Part shown: piece after piece, positions 58,767 to 64,000 of the stretch | Numbering within the stretch: the first letter of the stretch is position 1 | How the letters are laid out: each line of letters starts with the position of its first letter | Assembly: GCF_018977255.1 (NCBI RefSeq) | Contig: NW_024704742.1 | Location: 57,724,001 to 57,788,000, forward strand | Reading direction: 5' to 3' | Source of the DNA: Callorhinchus milii | Taxonomy: Eukaryota | Length of the DNA: 64,000 nucleotides | Translations under genes and position numbers: made by a program | The notes under the pieces: generated by a model | What the model saw: only the letters and a program-made list of their open reading frames with translations | Told to the model about the DNA's origin: nothing | The model's database searches: none

Positions 58767-60379
58767 AATACAGTGGCTTTGATGGAGCAATCAACTTGTT
58801 AACTTGTTGAGTCGATCCATGTTGATCATGTTATATCCCTCTTTCCTAGAGATTGGATGCGGTTAGCGGCACGTTGCTTCTATGTTCCAAAAATTCAGCT
58901 CTCTGGGTTTTTAATACCTTTTTGGTCACGTATACCAGTCTGTTCAATGTGTTGTTGTAGACACTAGCTGCAAAGCAAGGAAAACTTTATCTTCCATGGT
59001 GAAGAAAATCTTGTTCTTCCATTTGCCCTTGGCCTTCATCCATTTGTGTATATAGTGAGCCTTTATGAAGTAAACAAATTAAACAAATTTCTTTGGTCAA
59101 GTTAAGACAACCAAGAATTCTGGGATTGCTTACAATACAGAAATATACACAGAAAGAGAAAGAGAGAGACAAGTACAAAGGCACATACAGACAGAAAGAG
59201 GTACACACAGAGACACACACAGATACAGAGAGAGACACAGAGACAGATACCTCGGCAATGGCTGTATTATTATTTTAAATATTTAATGATTTTTTACATT
59301 GCCTATTTAAAGTTTGCATTATAACTAAAATATTGTGAAATTAAGTAATACCGTTACCCAATTTAAAAGCCAGGATTTCTGTAAGATTCTTACAGATTAT
59401 TTTTCTGGAAGAGAAACACAAAACTCTTGCTTATGCTGCCCGCGGAAAATTCTCAAATCCGTGGGTGTGGGTAGAGGAAAGATGACCAAAGGAACTGTCA
59501 TAGAGGAAGGTCATGAGATGGACCTTGAAATAGGTGAGGCTGGAGGAGAGTCTGAGGGACACTGGGATGGAGCTCCAGAGAGTGGGGGCAGAAAGGCGGA
59601 TGATGAAAAAAGACTGGATAGTTTTTATATTGGAATGGTGCTGAAAAAGCATTGATAAAAATAATATTAATAATCGTTCCATTTGATACAGCGCCTTATC
59701 ATGTCGAAATCATCCAAAGGATTTACTGCATAATGCAATGTGTTTAGCAATGTGTCACAAATAGCCATGAAGTGAATCACCAATTTTATCTGAGGATCAT
59801 TGGTCAATAAATCCTGTTTATTAATAGTGCCATGGGGTTCTTACCTGAACAGGCAAATTAGATATTAGTTTAATATCTCATCGAAAAAAGGCACCTCGTC
59901 AGTCTCAGTGGAAGCTTTTGAGACTGACATACGCCAAACACAGCTAAAACATTCATCCATGTGTTCATCAGCCTCTGCCTCAACTTCTCAAATGTCCTCT
60001 TCACCGATCTCCCCAACTCCATTATTCACAAAATCCAGTTAATCCAAAACTCCCCCGCCCTCATACTCCTATGCACTAAACTCCATCCCCCCATCACACC
60101 ATTCTAGCCAAGTTCCACTGGCTCCCTATCACCAAACGGATCGATTTGAAGATCCTCAAACTTGTTTTCAAATCCCTTCATGCTCTGGCACCTCCCTACC
60201 TCCAACTTGCTTACTCTCCTTTTGAATGTCTCTGGCCTCCTGCTTGTCCTGCGTGCCCTCTGTTCCACCATTGGTGGCTGCACTTTCAGAGTGACATTGG
60301 CAGAGACTCAAAGAACATTCAGCCATCGGTTTAGCTTCTTCCTGCACTAAACTAATGCCAAGTCTCTAGGCTAACCCCT

Positions 60380-61562
60380 CCCCACCTCCCCTTCACACCC
60401 TGGCTCTTACCCACCCATCCTTACATGCCCTCGACCCTGTCTCCCCCTGTTCCCTCACCTCCATCATCTCAAAATAAAACCCACCATCTGCTCCTTCAAC
60501 CCCATCCCCACCCCTCTCCTTACCTCCCTGCTCCACCTCCTGGTCCCTCTTTTAACCAAATCATTAATCTCCCCTTAGCCATTGACACTGTTCCCAGCCC
60601 TCTTAAAACAGCTGTCATCACCTGCATTCTCAAAAAACCTTCCCTGAACTCATTACTACTCTCCAACTATTGCCCCATCTCCAACTTCCCTTTCCTCTCC
60701 AAGGCCCTGGAACTATTCGTCGCATCCCAGGTTCACTCTTTTCTCTCCAGCCACTCCCTTTATAAACTCCACCAATCAGATTTCCACGCTGTCCCTTGGT
60801 CAAAGTCATGAAAGACATTCTGTTCATCTATCACTGGGGCTCTCTGCCTCCCTGTCCTTCTAGACCTCTCTGCTGCCTTCGACACTGTCGACCATTCTAC
60901 CCTCCTCCACCACCTCTCCTCTCAGCTCAACTTTCATGGACTTGCCCTTGTCTGGTTCGAATCCTACCTCTCACACCATCTCCACTTTGTTTCCACTAAC
61001 AGCTTCCCCTCTAGCCCCCTCACCATCATATGCAGCATTCCTCAGGACTCTGTCCTTGGTCCCCTCCTCTTCAACATCTATATGCTCCCTCTTGGTGACA
61101 TCATCTTCAGACATGGGGTCAACTTCCACATGTATATGGATGACACCCAACTCTATCTTTCTGCCTCCACCCTCAACTCCAGGACTACTGTTGTCCTGTC
61201 AGACATCAAGTCCTGGATGAGGGCTAACTTTCTACATCTCAAAAGACATTCAAGACCAAGGCTCTCCTGATTGGTTCCCGTCAGTGCTTCCACACCTCAG
61301 GTACTGACAGCATCAGCATCCGTGGATGCACCCTCCACCTCACCAAGCCAGTCAGGAATCTGGGCATCTTGTTCGACCCTCAACTGTCATTTCTCTCCCA
61401 AATCCGTGCTATGACCCGCTTTGCCTTCCCCCACTTCCGCAACGTTGCCCAACTCTGGCACTGCCTCAACCCTCAGGCAGCCTAAGCCCTCACACACGCA
61501 TTTGTCACCTCAAGGCTCGACTACAGAAATTCCCTCCTTGTCAACCTCCCTAACTCTTCCCT
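60380..61562 (+). mobile_element. L2 RT fragment, 3' end cut off by the younger L2
   Basis: NYCPISNFPFLSK, YMDDTQLY. Confidence 0.85.
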
Positions 61563-64000
61563 CCAACAACAACAACAACAACAAGATTCCATTTATAGAG
61601 CGCCTTTCACGTCAGGAGGACGTCCCAAGGCGCTGCACAGTTGGGTCATGACCCGAGCAGGGGGGAAATGGTCAGGGTGAGGGGAGGGAAGGGAGGGAGA
61701 GAGGAGGGGGAAATGGTCAGGGTGAGGGGAGGGAAGGGAGGGAGCGAGGAGGAGGAAGAGAGTCGAGAGGGGAGCTGAAGGCACGGTCAAAGAGAAAGGT
61801 TTTGAGACCGGCCTTGAAGGAGGAAAGGGAGGAAGCAAGGCGAAGGCACTGGGGGATGGAGTTCCAGAGCCTCGGGGCTGAGAGGCTGAAGGCCCGACCA
61901 CCGATAGTAGGGCGGTTGGGGCGGGGGACGTGGAGCAGACCGGAGCCAGAGGAACGGAGGGTACGGGCAGGTAGGTAGGGGGATAGTAGGTTGGAGAGGT
62001 AGGAGGGAGCAAGGCCGTGAATGGCCTTGTAGGTGAGGATGAGGATCTTGAAATCAATCCTCTGGGGGATGGGGAGCCAGTGGAGGCGAGCGAGGGTGGG
62101 AGTGATGTGGTCCCGAAGCCTGGTGCGGGACAGTACACGAGCTGCAGAGTTCTGAATGACCTGCAGCTTGTGGAGGGAGGTGGCGGGAAGGCCGGCGAGG
62201 AGAGAGTTCCCATAGTCCAGCCTTGAGGTGACAAAGGCGTGAACCAGGGTTTCAGCAGCGTGAGGGGTGAGGTAGTGCCGTAATCTGGCGATATTCCGGA
62301 GGTGATGGAAGGCGGTGCCAGTTGTGGTGCGGATGTGAGGGAGAAAGGACAGCTCAGGGTCGAACAAAACGCCGAGGTTCCTGACTGGCTTTGAGAGGTG
62401 GAGAGTGCAGCCTTGGATGCTGATGGTGTCAGCGCCTGAGGTGCGGAGGCGCTGACGTGAGCCAATCAGGAGGGCCTCGGTTTTTCGCACGTTGAGCTGA
62501 AGAAAGTTGTCTCTCGTCCAGGACTCGATGTCGGACAGGCAGGCTGTCAGGACATCGGTGGTCGTGGAGTTGAGAGTAGAGGAGGAAAGGTAGAGTTGGG
62601 TGTCATCCGCATACATGTGGAAGTTAACCCCATGTTTGCGGATGATGTCACCAAGGGGGAGCATATAGAGGGTGAAGAGGAGGGGACCGAGGACAGAGCC
62701 CTGAGGGACACCACATGAGACAGTACGGGGGGTGGAGGAGAAGCCATTCGTTGAGACGAAGTGAAGACGGTGGAAAGGTAAGAGCTAAACCATTCAAGGA
62801 CAGTGCCTTGAAGGTTGAGGTGGGAGGACAAGCGGTGGAGTAGGATAGCGTGGTCGACCGTATCGAATGCTGCCGATAGGTCGAGGAGGACGAGGAGACA
62901 GAGGGAGCCCTGGTCACAGATGGTCAGGATATCATTGGTGACCTTGACCAGGGCAGTTTCTGTGCTATGAGCAGCACGGAAACCTGACTGAAGGGGTTCA
63001 AAAAGAGAATGGGTGGAGAGGAAAGAGCGCAGTTGGGAGGCGACAACTCTTTCCAAGACCTTGGAGAGAAAGGGGAGGTTGGAGATGGGCCGGTAGCTTG
63101 ATAGCTGCGACGCATCAAGGGAGGGTTTTTTCAGGGTGGGCGTGATGATGGCAGTTTTTAATGGAATGGGGACAGAGCCAGAGGAGAGGGACAGGTTTAT
63201 GATGTCAGTGATGTGTGGGGCAAGAAAATGGAGCTGGGAGATAAGGAGTGGAGTGGGGATGGGGTCAAGGGAGCAGGTGGTTGGTTTTAGGGATAGGATG
63301 AGTTCAGTGACAGAGGGTGGGGAAACGGGTACGAAGGTGTGTAGGGGAGGATGGGTAGGAGTCGGAGTGTGGGAGGGAAGGGGTGGGTGGTGGGTGGAAG
63401 TTGGAGGGGAAGTGACCGCGGAGCGGATTCCCTTGATCTTGGATTCAAGGAAATCCAGCATCTCCTCGCAGTGAAGGTTGGAGGAGATGACCTGCGCGGG
63501 GTGGCGGGGGGGACGGAGGAGTCGGGATGTGGTGGAAAACAGTAGCCTGGGGTTGTTCTTCGCCTCCAGGATTATCCTGGAGTAGAAGGACGACTTGGCC
63601 GAGGCTAGAGTGGAGCGGTAAATTTTGAGGAGGTCCAGCCAGATTTGTCGGTGGACCGTTAAGCCGGATTTGACAAAGGTGCGCTCAGCAGCCCGCACCT
63701 GGCATTTCAGTGAGCGGAGGTGGGTGGTGTACCAGGGGGAGGAGCGGGAGTAGGAGACAGTGCGGGAAGTGATGGGGGCAAGAGTATCGAGTGTGGAGGA
63801 GAGGATATTGTGGAGGAGGGAGAGAGGAGAAGAGGGGTCGGTGAGGGTTGAAGGCCAGAGGGAGAGGAGTTCAGAGGACTCCAAGGCATCGGTTAGGGAT
63901 TGTGGGGGTAACTTCTTCCAAGGGCGGTAGAAGATGGTGGTGGGTCTGGTGGAGGTGGGGAGGGGGGTGGAGGTGGTGAAGGAGATGAAGTAGTGGTCGG
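61563..64000 (-). mobile_element. Young L2 LINE with nearly intact ORF2, running off the window edge
   Basis: Overlapping 445 aa and 315 aa ORFs hold the RT motifs ([29 protein letters not shown]) with one frameshift near 62770; intact 3' stem-loop and (TTG)n tail. Confidence 0.95.

Noticed and set aside
61593..62465. P/S-rich 290-aa ORF and similar alternative-frame or antisense ORFs in L2 copies
   Set aside because: Shadow frames of C-rich L2 sequence with no independent support.

Overview
This is vertebrate genomic DNA. The repeat repertoire suggests a cartilaginous fish, possibly a chimaera (inference). The one well-supported gene is a complete minus-strand SLC22 organic cation/carnitine transporter of the OCTN clade (SLC22A5/SLC22A4-like). 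I rebuilt it by hand as 10 coding exons from 51569 to 21656 (366+104+155+172+142+95+215+183+136+94 = 1662 nt, 553 aa), with all introns GT-AG and phase-compatible. Most of the rest is retroelements: many L2 LINEs with (TTG)n tails, including a young copy at the right edge with an almost intact ORF2; a tRNA-headed SINE family with (TTA)n tails and an L2-like 3' end; CR1 LINE fragments; and a decayed Penelope-like element. There is also a CT-rich minisatellite upstream of the start codon. I found no CRISPR array or prokaryote-type system. The most notable observations are a duplicated Penelope/L2 chimera with a target-site duplication, SINE 3' stem-loops that track the young L2, a decayed hammerhead ribozyme, locally templated insertion junctions, tail-to-tail L2 pairs around exons, and a possible alternative last exon or neighbouring gene near 20.1 kb. 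Exon coordinates were checked base by base; repeat boundaries are approximate.
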